The notes beneath the pieces are model-generated. The model did not search any database. It saw only the letters and a list, made by a program, of their open reading frames with translations, and was not told where the DNA came from. A stretch of DNA of 64,000 nucleotides from Octopus vulgaris (taxonomy: Eukaryota). A program made the position numbers and the translations under genes. The stretch is from NCBI GenBank assembly GCA_951406725.2, contig OX597816.1, positions 83,390,001 through 83,454,000 on the forward strand. The letters are read 5' to 3'. How positions within the stretch are numbered: the stretch's first letter is position 1; each line of letters begins with the position of its first letter. This document shows positions 39,301 through 53,851 of the stretch, one piece after another.

Positions 39301-39525
39301 CACTAGCTGGTGATTAATACACACTGACGAGGGGGTAACCAGCCAGAAATTCGAGTCCGTGTGTATCACGTAAGGCTAGAGATGGGAGCGATGACCCCCC
39401 CCCCCCTCGAAAATACTAATCGGACGCAGAATGTGTGTCATTAGCCAGTTTGAGAAGGTGTCTTCATGAGGCTATAGACATCAGTAGCACTGTCTTGTAT
39501 AGGACGCCACACTTAGTTGGCAAAA
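39301..39525 (+). mobile_element. ~220-bp HHR-bearing insert between TA tracts
   Basis: Unique GC-richer island with a weak terminal repeat cactagctgg/cacttagttgg. Confidence 0.55.
39317..39366 (+). ncRNA. Type I hammerhead ribozyme
   Basis: atacaca-CTGACGA-gggggtaaccagcca-GAAA-ttcgag-TC-cgtgtgtat. Near-palindromic stem III and GUC site; the first pairs of stems I and II are mismatched. Confidence 0.7.
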
Positions 39526-39542
39526 ATATATATAAATTCACT

Positions 39543-39585
<43 letters not shown>

Positions 39586-39720
39586 TAGCTTAAGTTAGTC
39601 GATACATGCAGTAGAATGAATGTATATTATTAATTCATTTATTACTGGCTCTAATGGGACTCTAACAAGACTTGTACTAACTGTTCTTCGTTAAATCCTC
39701 AGAGTTTATTTCACCCCTGA

Positions 39721-39755
<35 letters not shown>

Positions 39756-40549
39756 TGTATGCATGTATGTATGTATGTATGTATGTATGTATGTATGTAT
39801 GTATGTATGTATGTATGTATTATGTATGTGTGCGTGTGTGTATATATGTATATGTATGTATATAAACAAGAGGTAATTCATTTGGTTTGACCTGACACAT
39901 GAATATTAGCATCCATTGCAACGTGGATATTAGAACAAAATATACTTTTTGTCCTCCACAAAATTCAAATACCACAAAGCCCTTCAATAGAAAGAACATC
40001 AAAATTCGTTACATTTCTAAAGGAAAGCAATGCAATTCACAGCATATATAGAAATAGTAGAAAATACAGATAGAATATGAAGCAATACGATAGATAAAAG
40101 TTTATTGCTTATTGAAATAACGTTTCTATATTCTTTGATACACCTACAAAAAAACAAAAAACAAAAAAAAACAAAAAAACACGAAATTTAAAATCAGGCT
40201 TAATGAGCTTCAAGCAAAGAACTAAATGCCATCACGTTAAATACTGTTTCACATTTAGTACGATCTACTATTGATTTTGGTAACTCACTGCCGTAATAGT
40301 AATAATTTATTACACAAACACGAAGCCACAAATTTAGGAGGAGGGAACAGACGATTGTATCAGACACAATTCTTGACGGGCTCATTATGGTTTTAACCCT
40401 GGAAGTATGATCGGTTAATTTGACTTCGGCGCGATTTGAACTGGGGGAAATGAAAAGAAGTGGCACAAATGCCACAAGTCATTTTGTCTGTCGTTTAAAC
40501 GATTCTGCTAATAAGCCATTTTTTGAGCAGATGATCCAGTCGATTAAAT

Positions 40550-40585
<36 letters not shown>

Positions 40586-40929
40586 ACAACAATAACAACA
40601 ACAACAATAATAATAATTTGTAACGTAAATGCAAGACATCATTTTGAGGGGGCGGATTATAGTTGATAGCAATAAATCCTAACACTGGAATGTCATTTTG
40701 TTTTATCAGCGAAGAATGAAAAAGCAAATTTACCTGAGCAAGACTTGAAGTCAGGAAGTAAAGAACGGTAACTAAATATATAAAAAAGGTACTCTGCCCG
40801 ATGCTCTGACCATTCCCCATTTTTTTGAAGAAACATCACAGTCGATTTGATAGACAACACAGCTTCAGAGCCAATGATTTTACTCACCATGTAAAAATTG
40901 AAGGCATTGTAGTGTAGATAGCATGCTAA

Positions 40930-41103
40930 TAGTCGCAGGCGTGGCTGTGTGGTAAAAAGCTTGCTTTCCAACCAGATAGCTCTGAGCTCAGTCCCTCTGC
41001 ACAGCAACTTAGGCAAATGTCTTCTACTTTAGCTCCAGGCCGACCAAAGCCTGGTGAGCGGATTTGGTACAAGCCCATAGTGTACACACACGCACGCACA
41101 CAC

Positions 41104-41135
<32 letters not shown>

Positions 41136-41156
41136 GCACACACACACACACACGCA

Positions 41157-41206
<50 letters not shown>

Positions 41207-41885
41207 TTAAGAACAATCTGTAAACAAATTTCCAAGAGCTCAGTGAATCGGTACTCCACAGAAAATTAAGGAATTCTCGGGCACGGGATAGCTGTGAAGA
41301 CAACTTAGTAAAGTTGAGTAAATGCCCTCATATGGTACTCGAAAAAGTGACCAGCAAGCCACTACTAAGACTCGAAACCTGTTCCTCTCAAATGCCGGTT
41401 GAATTCGCTGTACCATTAAGCTAATTGATCCCTGACAGCGACTATTCTCTTTTTATAATGCAAACTAATAGCATTTCAAATGAGAGAACATTTTGTAAAC
41501 AAACTTATAAACACCTTGAGTATCGGTATTCTAAAGGAAATAACAGAATCCTCCAACATAAGATGGCTGGGCTGTGTGCGTGCGCGCGCGAGTGTTTGTG
41601 TCTGTGTATGTGTGTGAGAGAGAGAGTGAGAATGAGAAAGAGTGTGTGTGCGTGTGTGTGTGTGTATGTCTGAATCAGTGTTTGTCCTGCAACACCAATT
41701 GACAACCGGTGTTGGCTTGTTTACGTCCCTGTAACTTAGCTATTTGACATAAGAGACCGGTAGAATAAGTAACAGGCTTTACAACAACGAAAAAAAAAGC
41801 ACTGAGGTCGAATCATTTGACTAAAACCCTTCAGGGTAGTTCCCTTCCATGGCCGCAGTCAAATGATTGGACCAAGTAAATGATA
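40930..41885 (+). mobile_element. SINE B head (40930-41075) and tail (41675-41885) separated by an insertion or microsatellites
   Basis: gcaggcgtggctgtgtggtaa head; gacaaccgg...aagagaccggtagaataagt tail. Confidence 0.65.
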
Positions 41886-42922
41886 ACAAAGAACTGAACC
41901 AGCAACCGAAGTATAGTTATTTTTATTAGTTATTCCGGGTAGACAGCGAATGACATTGGGAGAGGCTTATCGCAACGTGAATTGCTTTTAACAACAAGAA
42001 TTCTATACAAGTAGTAACCTCTCAGGATACATCTAAGCACGAAACGTCAAGCACATGACGGCCATGTATAACATTCATGCTACTTTATAAATGAATATTC
42101 ATTCATTTTCCCTTTAAACCACAAATGGGATAAGAAGAAAAGGGTAGATAACTCTCGAAAGACAATAATGTTGGCGTCGGTGGTAGTCGAAGTACTGATC
42201 AAAGGCAGAAGATCGACCTAATCTTACAAAGTAGACATCTTAAATCATTTCCATGTCCATAGTTATATCAGACATTCAGCCCATGTGAATAATGGTGACT
42301 TAAAAATAACCAATGCAGTCACTACGGCCATTACCACTATCGTCACACCAGCTAATCGACCACCACTGCCACCGTCGTCATCATCATCATCATCATCATC
42401 ACATTCGATGCAAGAATAAAAATACTGACTACAAAGAAAAACAGGGTGGCAAAAAGATGTCATTGTGAAAGACGTTTCTCTTTTATGTCATTCATTTTGT
42501 TTTTGTGATTTTGACACATTTATTTTACCCCTCCCGTCTTTCATTCCAAATGCTGCATGTGAATACTACGTATTCATAAACATACATATATACATACACA
42601 CACACACACACATATTAATATATATATATATATATATACGTTCACACATATACGTTGCTGTATATGTACGCGCATACATATTTGTATACATACACTCATG
42701 CACACGCATATATATTTATATTATTCCGTTAGATAAACGATAAAAGGTTATATGACGGCTGAGAACGAGGTGAGTAAAATGGCGGCTGCTTGGCGCAAAT
42801 GGGTAGACTGTCGACGTCTATTGAAACCATCCACCATTTCTAAAAGTCGTGTGTGCATATGTGTATGTGTGCTTATGTGTTTGTAATGTATGCATGCATG
42901 TATATATATATTTGTATGTGTA

Positions 42923-42954
<32 letters not shown>

Positions 42955-43202
42955 GTGTATGTTTCGTGGAGAGAGCGATACCTGCACTTTTTTCTGTTCG
43001 TATTTCGTTTTATTATAGTGTCTTTTTTTTCGCAGTAATGTGAATATCAAGCAAACAAAAAAAAAAGGAAAAAGAATGCTGCTATTACAATCACTGTCTC
43101 CGCCGCTATCGCCGTTACCATCACAAGCACTATTGCAATCACGATCACCAACATATTACCACTACCAACACAACTACCTTCTTCACCGCCATAACAACAA
43201 CA

Positions 43203-43267
<65 letters not shown>

Positions 43268-43268
43268 C

Positions 43269-43367
<99 letters not shown>

Positions 43368-43764
43368 CTCAATACCACAGACTTGCTTGACCATAACCAC
43401 TTGAGCATACCCCTTACTGGCTGACGATATGTGCATCTCTGATCACGAGCAGAAGTAGTGGTGGAGCATCATCACCATTTGTTGAGAGGAAGCTTTTGAG
43501 TTTGGATAATTCACCTCTGGAAACATGGGTGTTTAGTTCAACATCCTTTAACAACCCTTATTCGGGGACCTGAAGAAAATTCTAACTAGGCCCTACTTGC
43601 AAGGTTATGCACTGTTAATCTTGATATGAGATCACCATGTCGCACACATATGGTTGTGATGCATGTGCCTGGTGTAGCCTTATTAGACGGGTATTCTCGA
43701 TGGGTATGCTGGATTTCATATATTTTACCACAGTGTCACTCTGATGGCATGCACTGTTCTTTCA

Positions 43765-43767
<3 letters not shown>
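43368..43767 (+). mobile_element. ~400-bp retroposon-like insert within (TAA)n
   Basis: Complex sequence precisely embedded in (AAT)n on both sides. TAA targeting is known for Dong-type LINEs, but the family and strand assignment are inferred. Confidence 0.55.
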
Positions 43768-43818
<51 letters not shown>

Positions 43819-44089
43819 TATTATTATTTCATTATTAACCACTAGGGTTTACATTAAGAAAAACATTATGAACAGTACAGGACAAAAAAGAATGTATGTG
43901 TGTATATGTAAATGGGTTGTTGTGAGGGTTTTGTGCGTAAACAGAAGAAAAAATTCAACAATGTGTAATCCTCAATAGGGAAGAGACAGTCGAGAGCTGA
44001 TCATGGAAAGACCCCAGAAAAAAATCATGGTTACCCTGACTTTTGGGACAAGAGCCTTTTTTCCTTTCCTTTATTTCCAGCTACACTAA

Positions 44090-44365
44090 TCCTTTCTAAT
44101 ATAGGCACAGGGCCTGAAATTTGGGGGCAGGGGTTTAAGTTGATTACTAAATTTATTGACCTCGAAAGGATGAAAGGTTACGTTGACCTAAGGGCAGCAA
44201 TTTTGTGGGAGGGGATAAGTCGATTACATCGACCTGAGTTACTTTATCGACCCCTAAAGGATGAAAGGTGAAATCATCCGCGGCGGAATTTGAACTCAAA
44301 ACGTAGCGACGGGCGAAATAGCACTAAGCATTTCCTCCGGGGGCGTTAAAGATTCCGACAGCCAA
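44090..44365 (-). mobile_element. SINE A copies
   Basis: aatcctttct..tataggcac tail and Meta-type cores. Confidence 0.75.
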
Positions 44366-44369
44366 GATA

Positions 44370-44480
44370 TAGACAAATGACTGAAGGAGATTGAAATAGA
44401 ATGCTTAGTAGAGCTCCTACAAAGAAAGTTTGTCTCTTAGGGACAGCAAGGATTATCAGGAGGGTCCAAAGCACTTAAAA
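44370..44480 (+). pseudogene. C-terminal fragment of an R4/Dong-like LINE ORF
   Basis: VELLQ / KVCLLGTARIIRRV, a typical RLE-LINE C-terminus. Confidence 0.6.
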
Positions 44481-44719
44481 GACTGCTAAATATTTTTGGA
44501 AACTAAATATTTGTGGATAATTCCTACCAAGAATATGAACGAACCTGAGACAAACCAAATTAACAACAAAAACAATAAAAATGTTGATGATGATGATGAT
44601 GATTTCTTTTATTGGCCACAAGCGCCAAAATCATGGAGGACAATACCAAAGGACGGATTACGATACACAGAATCAAAAACGAAGACAAAAATAACAGCTA
44701 CAGCAACAACAACAACAGC

Positions 44720-44936
44720 AATCCTTTAAGCGATAGGCACAAGGCCTGAAATTTCGAATGAGGGAGGTAAGTCGATCACATCGACCCCAGTACATAACTG
44801 CTGTTTACTTTATCGATCCCGAAACGATGCAAGTCAAAATCGACCTCGGCAGAGTTTGAACTTAGACCATAGCGATGGGCGAATTGCCGCTAAGCATTTC
44901 GTCCGGCGCAGTTAAGATTCTGTTAGCTTTCGCCTT
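44720..44936 (-). mobile_element. SINE A
   Basis: ggcacaaggcctgaaattt...cgacctcggc...gctaagcatttcgtccggcg...tcgcctta. Confidence 0.8.
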
Positions 44937-44940
44937 ACTA

Positions 44941-44975
<35 letters not shown>

Positions 44976-45081
44976 TGTTGCTGCTGCTGCTGCTGCATGT
45001 TGCTGCTGCTGCTGCATGTTGCTGCTGCTGCTGCTACTACTACTACTACTACCACCACCACCACCACCACCTCCACTACTA

Positions 45082-45147
<66 letters not shown>

Positions 45148-45357
45148 GTTGTTGTTTTCTGTTTGTTGAATATTAACAAATGATGGTTCCAGAATAAAAG
45201 TTGATGAGGACAAAATATGGGAAAAGCTTGATATAATCCATTCCCACGGCGCTTATATTTAACAATATATACGCATATATTTATATTTTACATATTTATT
45301 CTGGAATCAAAGTGTGTATGTGTACACACACACACACAAAAAAATATACATATATAC

Positions 45358-45390
<33 letters not shown>

Positions 45391-45417
45391 TCTACATCAC
45401 TAAATGCATACTTGATA

Positions 45418-45469
<52 letters not shown>

Positions 45470-45560
45470 ATTCACATATACATGTATGTATACACATATA
45501 TGCGCATATTACTATATATATTTATACATATACATGCATGCATATATATATATATGTATG

Positions 45561-45620
<60 letters not shown>

Positions 45621-46289
45621 AATATATGCATATACGTACGTGTATGTGTGTGTAGAAAACTCGTCACAGTTATGCATTTAGACTTATAAATACCACATAC
45701 ACACATACACACATTTACTGTAAATGGCAATATGGGATGAATACATGTATATTAAACAGACAGGATAAAAAAGCAAAAAGAACCATGTAAACGAAAACAA
45801 AAGAAAAATAATAATAATCCTATAGATAAATATAACAAATTCTAGTGCAGAATAGAAGTCATGATGGCGGTAAGGGCAGGAGTTTAAGCGAAGTTGGCTC
45901 TTTCTTGGAAGATTTCATTGCATCAGGAAAAATATTCAGTTTTCCATATGTTGAGGAAACATGACACGGGACTGTCATTTAAGTTTTTTTTATTTATTCT
46001 GCATTTAAAATAAAGAAACAAAAATATATAAATAAATAAAAATGTATATATTGCAAATGTATAATAGCAAAAAACAAGCCTGGATAAGATGGAAAAGAGA
46101 GCTAAATATTTGTGAAAAAAAAATCATTCTGATACAAGAAAATATTAAGATATTATCGAAGTTTTAAAAAAATGAGGAAAACAACATACATGTATATCTA
46201 CATACATACATACATAAACACTGGGCGTGCACACACACACACATGTAGTATCAAGTATATTATATGTATGTGTATATATATATATATGT

Positions 46290-46545
46290 ATACATATTTG
46301 TATATCTATAAGCTTTACATAATGAATGCTTAAAATGTGCATACATAAAATTGTATATATATGAATATATATTTATGTTTACATATATATATATAAGTGT
46401 GTGTGTATGTGTGTGTATGCATGTGTGTGTGTGTGTGTGTATTATATTTATATTATATATATATATATATATAATATATATATTTGTATATCTATAAACT
46501 TTACATAATGAATTCATAAAATGTGCATACATAACTTTAATATGC
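46290..46545. repeat. ~187-bp-period tandem duplication
   Basis: atatttgtatatctataa.ctttacataatgaat...aaaatgtgcatacataa occurs at ~46293 and ~46480. Confidence 0.8.
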
Positions 46546-46640
46546 ATGTGTATATATTTCTGTATATATAAATATATATATATGTTTTTATATATATATG
46601 CATATATATATACATTTATATACGAATATATGTATATATA

Positions 46641-46682
<42 letters not shown>

Positions 46683-46720
46683 AATATATGTATATATATG
46701 TATGCATATAAATATATGTA

Positions 46721-46769
<49 letters not shown>

Positions 46770-47169
46770 AGGTAGGTAGGAATTAACGTATGCATTTGTG
46801 TAACAATACCCATTACACTCATATATGTGTTTATATGTATATGCATATCATCATCATCGACATCAACAATAAGAGCGATAAAGATGACACTTGAATAAGG
46901 CTTGATAAACAATAGCAGAGACATCTACAATAGAGAAAATACGATAAATATATATATATATATATATATATACAGTATATAAACGAAGCAAAAACAATGT
47001 GCAGCGTGTGTGTAAATGGCTGTCTCGTGAGGAGAGGGAAAAAAACGGAAAGATTACGATGATTGTATAATATATACAATAACGCAATGCCATCGCTGCT
47101 ACTTCTACAGATGCCCTCATCATTGTCGGCGTTACCGTCGTTGGCATCGTCGACGTCATCTTCGACGTC

Positions 47170-47201
<32 letters not shown>

Positions 47202-47263
47202 TATCATCATCATCATCGTCGTCGTCGTCGTCGTCATCATCATCATCGTCGTCTTCATCATCA

Positions 47264-47900
47264 TTACCATCAAAAAATCATTATCATCACCATCGTTGTC
47301 GTCATCGTCGTCGTCGTCGTCGTCATCATCTTCACCATCATCATCGTTGTCTTCATCATCATCCTAATCCTCACCATCATCATCATAAGCATCATCGTCG
47401 TCGTCAGCAGCATCATCATTACCATCAAAAAAACCTTCATCATCACCATCGTTGTCGTCATCGTCGTCGTCGTCGTCGTCATCATCATCACCATCGTCAT
47501 CGTCGTCTTCATCATCATCCTAATCCTCACCATCATCATCATAAGCATCATCGTCGTCGTCAGCAGCATCATCATTACCATTAAAAAAATCTTCATCATC
47601 ACCACCGTTGTCGTTATCATCGTCGTCGTCGTCATCATCATCATCACCATCATCATCGTTGTCTTCATCATCATCCTAATCCTCATCATCATCATCATAA
47701 GCATCATCGTCGTCGTCAGCAGCATCATCATTACCATCAAAAAAACCTTCATCATCACCATCGTTGTCGTCATCGTCGTCGTCGTCGTCATCATCATCAT
47801 CACCATCATCATCGTTGTCTTCATCATCATCCTAATCCTCACCATCATCATCATAATCATCATCGTCGTCGTCAGCAACATCATCATCACCATCGTTGTC
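47264..47900. repeat. 155/156-bp higher-order tandem repeat (4 units) built from CAT/CGT triplets
   Basis: ttaccat(c/t)aaaaaa at 47264, 47419, 47575 and 47731. Confidence 0.9.
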
Positions 47901-47925
47901 GTCATCGTCGTCGTCGTCGTCGTCG

Positions 47926-47958
<33 letters not shown>

Positions 47959-48727
47959 ACAACATCGTCAAGGGTATCATTGGAAACGTCATTAGCAAAA
48001 GAAACGACATCGGACTTCAAAGAAAATTAGATAGGAGAAAAAAAAATAGAGAAAGAAAAAGAAGAGAAAAAGAAAAAAAGAAAAGGAAAAAAGATTGCTA
48101 AAAGCAACAACAACAATAACGACATCAATAATATATAGCTACAACAATTTCCACAACAACAGCAACATAACAATAGCAGCAGCAGCAACAACAACAACAA
48201 CAATTTGTATTCAATAACACAAAAATACAAAACAACACAAAACGAAACATATTCGTCGACGACGCTGAGGATATCCAAGACGACGACAATAATGATGATG
48301 ATGATGATGATGATGATGATTATGATGATGATGATAAACATTATGATAAATAATTTTGATGGTGATGATGACGATAATGATGACGATGATGGTGACGATA
48401 ACGATGACGACAACGACGCTGTTGGAATAAATCTAGAAAAGGAAAAAAAAGATACATCCCTCCTTGCCAAAAAAGTTGGTATTTTCTGCGACAGATTATG
48501 ACAACTTCAAGCAAAGATCGAAAGGTTTATGTCGTATCTTTACGACGTGTATGCATATAGATGCAAAGACACACACACACGTGCGCACACATACACACAT
48601 ACACACACATACACACATATGCATACACACATCATACACACACACATATATACATACATATATATATGTATATATGTATGTATATATATATATATATGTA
48701 CCTGTATATATATGTATATATGTATCA

Positions 48728-48758
<31 letters not shown>

Positions 48759-48784
48759 ATAATGTATATGTATTCCTATACGTG

Positions 48785-48848
<64 letters not shown>

Positions 48849-48865
48849 TGTGTGTATGTGTGTTT

Positions 48866-48992
<127 letters not shown>

Positions 48993-49014
48993 AATATATA
49001 TACATATATATGTA

Positions 49015-49190
49015 TAGTTGAAATTTACATAAAAACAAAAGACGAAGACAGGTGTATGAACAACGAGCAGGTGTATTAGTTTGACGCTTGGGAATGTGAG
49101 AAAGTCTTTTACATTTCGAGCCTATGCGCTTCAACATAAAAGAATATGAGGAAACATAAACAGAGAAAAAAAAACTTGGATTTATATTCA
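49015..49190 (-). mobile_element. Second copy of the 1290-1470 element; 3' end at the TA tract, HHR-like motif at 49105-49143
   Basis: Minus strand tgTTGAAGCgcataggctcGAAAtgTAaaagact matches 1342-1375. Confidence 0.6.
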
Positions 49191-49649
49191 TTTATACATA
49201 CACACACATACATTCATTTATACACACACACATATACATTCATTTATACACACATACACACGCATGTTGCATATGCATGGGAGAGAGAAAGTGTAAGAGA
49301 GTGAGATGGTGGTGTAACTGCATTTGCACATGTAAGTTTGGTTGTGCTTGCGCCTCTGGTTATTATAATACTGCACTGTATGCAAATACAGCCAGCCACT
49401 TATGTCTTCCCACTGTGTTGGTATACGCTGTTAATGTCTACAAGCTGTCAATATCTCTGAAAATAGAAACTTTTTTCTTTGAAGATATCCAAAGAAAACT
49501 AGAAAGTAGATATATCGTTTCCACTTCTTTTATGTCCACGGAGTGATAGAAACCTTTTATGAAACCATTTCGTTTAATTTTGACAAGTAATGTTACAATT
49601 GTTTGTTTACTATAATGAAGATATAAACATTCATATCATATTGTAAGAT

Positions 49650-50640
49650 GCTCCAGTTCCCTCCTGGTTGCGAAGGCCTTCATCTTTTTTTGATGATGAT
49701 CTGTAGAGGAATCATGAATAAGGACGTGATGACAAAAGTTCCCACCAAGCTGTGTAAGAAGAACTTTGAGACAAGCGAATGATCTGCAGATTGGATGCAA
49801 GTTGTTTCCAACGCATTACCAAAAAATGCGTACAACAATCGCATTGGAGGCAATGCTCTGTACCATAACTCTCATTCGTCATCGCAGCAAAAGAGATCTT
49901 TCTGAGAATTCTACAGAAGAGGATGGAACGGACCGCAGAAGAATTGCTATTGCTAGTGCAGGCCAGTTTTCGTAAAAGAACAGGCGCTCAAAAGACCACA
50001 TTTTTAATATCAGGTTCCTTGTGAAAAAAGCCCTTAGCATTAGATTCCGTTATACTCAGCTCGGAGTTCTCCATTATAGATAGTAAACCAAAAGTTCAGG
50101 AAGACAATTCTGAAATAAAAATTAACCGAACACGAGTAATAATTATCATTTGAGCCGGACTAGATGCCTTGAGTATCTAAATTTTCTGTTCCCTAGGTAA
50201 TAATCGATAAAATGTCTACAAAAAATATGTATGACCAATAAATATTGGAAAGACTGTCTTTCCTTCGACTAGAAATAGCAGCCCGATACCCCTGAGATTA
50301 CATTCTACCGTATTAAAAAAATGTAGCTTTAAATATATGGTGCTCACCAAACAAAAAGATGAAAAAGGCATAGCTGCAACTTCTCTGATCATTGGTCCCT
50401 TCAATCAAGACTAATCTATAACAGTTACGAACGACTAACAAGGGAATAATGACTCGGTTGTTATTCGTTTTTGAATATTACCTTCATTTGTATCTTAAAC
50501 TAGGAAAGACATACTAGCAAAAGCAAAGCTATGACTGAATAAAATATAGAAAAATAGACGTAAAAACATGCGGATGGCTTATGATCGTATTTGCTCAGAG
50601 AGGGCTGGCCTTCGGCTAAAGAAAAATATCTACAACAACA
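49650..50640 (+). mobile_element. Degenerate RTE-clade LINE fragment
   Basis: TITLIRHRSK / IFLRILQKRMERTAEELLLLVQASFRKRTG / DHIFNIRFLVKKA RT motifs; the 3' extent is uncertain. Confidence 0.65.
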
Positions 50641-52006
50641 GCAACATCAATAAAGCATCGACGAACAAAACCAAGATAAATTGATTTTTGTGACTGTCTA
50701 ATCTAAAGAAATCCCCGAGAAACAATTCTGAAGGAAAACCAGAATTGCAATAAAGACTTCAATTCCTCGATAGCCCCGAAGCTGCAAGCGCGAGCTGTTA
50801 TTAAAGTGAAATGGCTGCAGAATGGTCATATCGCATGTTCGGATCACTGGAATCGTACCAAGATATCGGAATGCTTGTACTCTTTCTTTTGTTTGATTTT
50901 AGCTATTTGGAACCACACATGATCAACTGCACTACCGACCACATTCACACTCAACTTCCTTTCGTTTTATTTACCGCACACCTCCTATCGGCACACATGC
51001 AACATACTTTCTCTCTCTAACGTGCCAAACTACTTTTCTACTCACTTCCAAACGCATACAGTTTTCTGGACGACTTCAAGCATACTTTATCGAACGAAAT
51101 AAGGCTCTCTATTTACCTCGCTCTCTTTTTCTCTCTCATTTAAACCCTATCTATAAATATCTCTCTTTACCATGTTATTACTCTTTCATCTCATGTTAAA
51201 CATATACACACATATTTACACACATATACAGTAATGACCCTGAAACTATCGTCTCTCCACCATTCATTCTCTGTCTCTCTCCCTCTGTTTATATGAGCCG
51301 TGTGTGTATTTCCTTACTACTCAATTGTGAACATAGACAAACGTAGAGGAAAAAAACCCACACGGAATCTCTCTTTCTACCTCGCTCACTATTTCTCTGT
51401 CTCTGTGTATCTCTCTGTCTGTCTCTCTCTCTCTCTCACACACACACACATACACACACTCACACAGGCGCAGAAACACAGAAATGCACACGCACGATTC
51501 ATACTTTTACCCTCTTTGCAAATCGCACTTTACGCTTCATACAACCGCAAGCACACACACACACACTCACACACTTTCATTCACTCTCACACACAAAATC
51601 TCACACATACACACACTCTGGTTGTCAGTCTCCTTGCCTCTCTCTCTTTCTCTCTCTCTCTCTGTCCATCGCATGCAAAATTCTACCTCTCTCGCTATCT
51701 CTCTCTCATATGAAATATCTCCTTAACTTCTCTCCTCTAATTTCCTCACTCTTTTAGCCAACCTCATACTACTGCCTTCTCCCCCTCTCTCACTTCAGGT
51801 TTTTTTGAGTTTTCCGTTTCCCTCACATACGTTCATCTGGTCACAAGCGCTTGCACACTCACACTCACACACACAAAATCAAACACAAACACACTTGGGC
51901 GCCCTATCATTCTCTTACTACAGCTCACCCTTGATTCTCTAAAGTGTTCACTTCAACCGGCTAAAACCTTCTGACAATATTTCAAGTTTCAATATTTCGC
52001 TTTCAA

Positions 52007-52048
<42 letters not shown>

Positions 52049-52331
52049 TCACACACACACACACACGCACACACGTACATACTGGCACACACAAACACAC
52101 AGACACATGCCTACATTAGTACATACTCAAACACCCCCCCCCCACAGATTTACATAAATACATAGGTATACACACAAACCTATCTATCTACCTACCTACC
52201 TACCTACCTACCTACCTACCTACCTACCTACCTATCTATCTATCTACCTACCTACCTACCTACCTACCTACCTACCTATCTATCTATCTATCTATCTATC
52301 CATCTATCTATCTATCTTTTCTCTCTCTATT

Positions 52332-52367
<36 letters not shown>

Positions 52368-52592
52368 CACCTACATACATATATATACATATATATATAT
52401 GTATATATATGTGCATATATATGTGTATATGTATATATATATATATATACATATTTATATATATGTATGTATATATATGTATATATGTATATATGTATAT
52501 ATAGATATGTATATGCATACGCACTCAAACATGCGTACACATACATTTATAAAACACACATTCATATATCCATGCACATACATATTAATACA

Positions 52593-52631
<39 letters not shown>

Positions 52632-52849
52632 TACATTCTCAGGGAAGACATAACGTGAAAAATTAGATTTCCCTAATCAAAACAGATGGCGCTTCTGTAT
52701 CAAAAACTCACGATTAATCACCGTCACCTTCCACAAGAGACTATTGTTGTTTCCTGTGCTGCTGTTGTTGTTGTTGTTGTTGTTTTATTGGCGGGAGGGG
52801 TGGCAGTTGTTGTGGCGATGGTACTTTCATTTATCTTTACATCTCCATT

Positions 52850-52884
<35 letters not shown>

Positions 52885-52934
52885 CTTCTTCTTCTTCTTC
52901 TTCTTCTTCTTCTCTTCCTCCTCCTTCGTCTTCT

Positions 52935-52966
<32 letters not shown>

Positions 52967-53175
52967 TTCTTCTTCTCCTTCTTCTTCTTCCTCTTCTCCT
53001 TCTTCTTCTTCCTCTTCTTCTCCTTCTTCTTCTTCTTCTTCTTCTTCTTCTTCTTCTTCTCCTCCTTCTTCTTCTTCCTCCTCTGCTTCCTCTTTTTTCT
53101 CCTTCTTCTTCTTCTTCTTCTTCTTCTTCTTCTTCTTCTTCTTCTTCTTCTCCTTCTTCTCCTTCTTCTTCTTCT

Positions 53176-53222
<47 letters not shown>

Positions 53223-53498
53223 TTCTTCTTCTTCTTCTTCTTCTTCTCCTTCTTCCTTTCTTTTCCTTATCTCACCTACTCCAATTTTCTTCCTCCTCCT
53301 TCTGCTCTTCTTCTTCCTGCTCCTCCTCCCTTCGTCCACCTCTCCCCTTTCTCCATCATGCTTCTGTAGTCTATCTGGTTTTCCAGTTCTTTCTGTTTAC
53401 GCCTTTTCGTGTCCCTTCTTTTTCATTCTTTCTTTTTTTCTTTCTTTTTCTCTTTCGTCTTCATTTGTTTCTTCTACTTTATCCATCATGCGAAACCT

Positions 53499-53536
<38 letters not shown>

Positions 53537-53672
53537 GCTGCTGCTGCTACTGCTGCTGCTGCTGCTACTGCTGCTACTGCTGCTGCTGCTGCTGCTACTA
53601 CTAATACTACTACTTCTACTACTACTAATACTACTACTTCTACTACTACTAATACTACTGCTGCTACTACTG

Positions 53673-53719
<47 letters not shown>

Positions 53720-53799
53720 GCTGCTGCTACTACTACAACAACTACTACTACAACTACTACACACACACACACACATATACCACCACCACCACCACCACC

Positions 53800-53830
<31 letters not shown>
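52850..53830. repeat. Compound trinucleotide array (GTT)(CTT)(CTA/CTG)(CAC)
   Basis: Direct observation; source of the poly-S/F/L/T ORFs. Confidence 0.95.
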
Positions 53831-53851
<21 letters not shown>

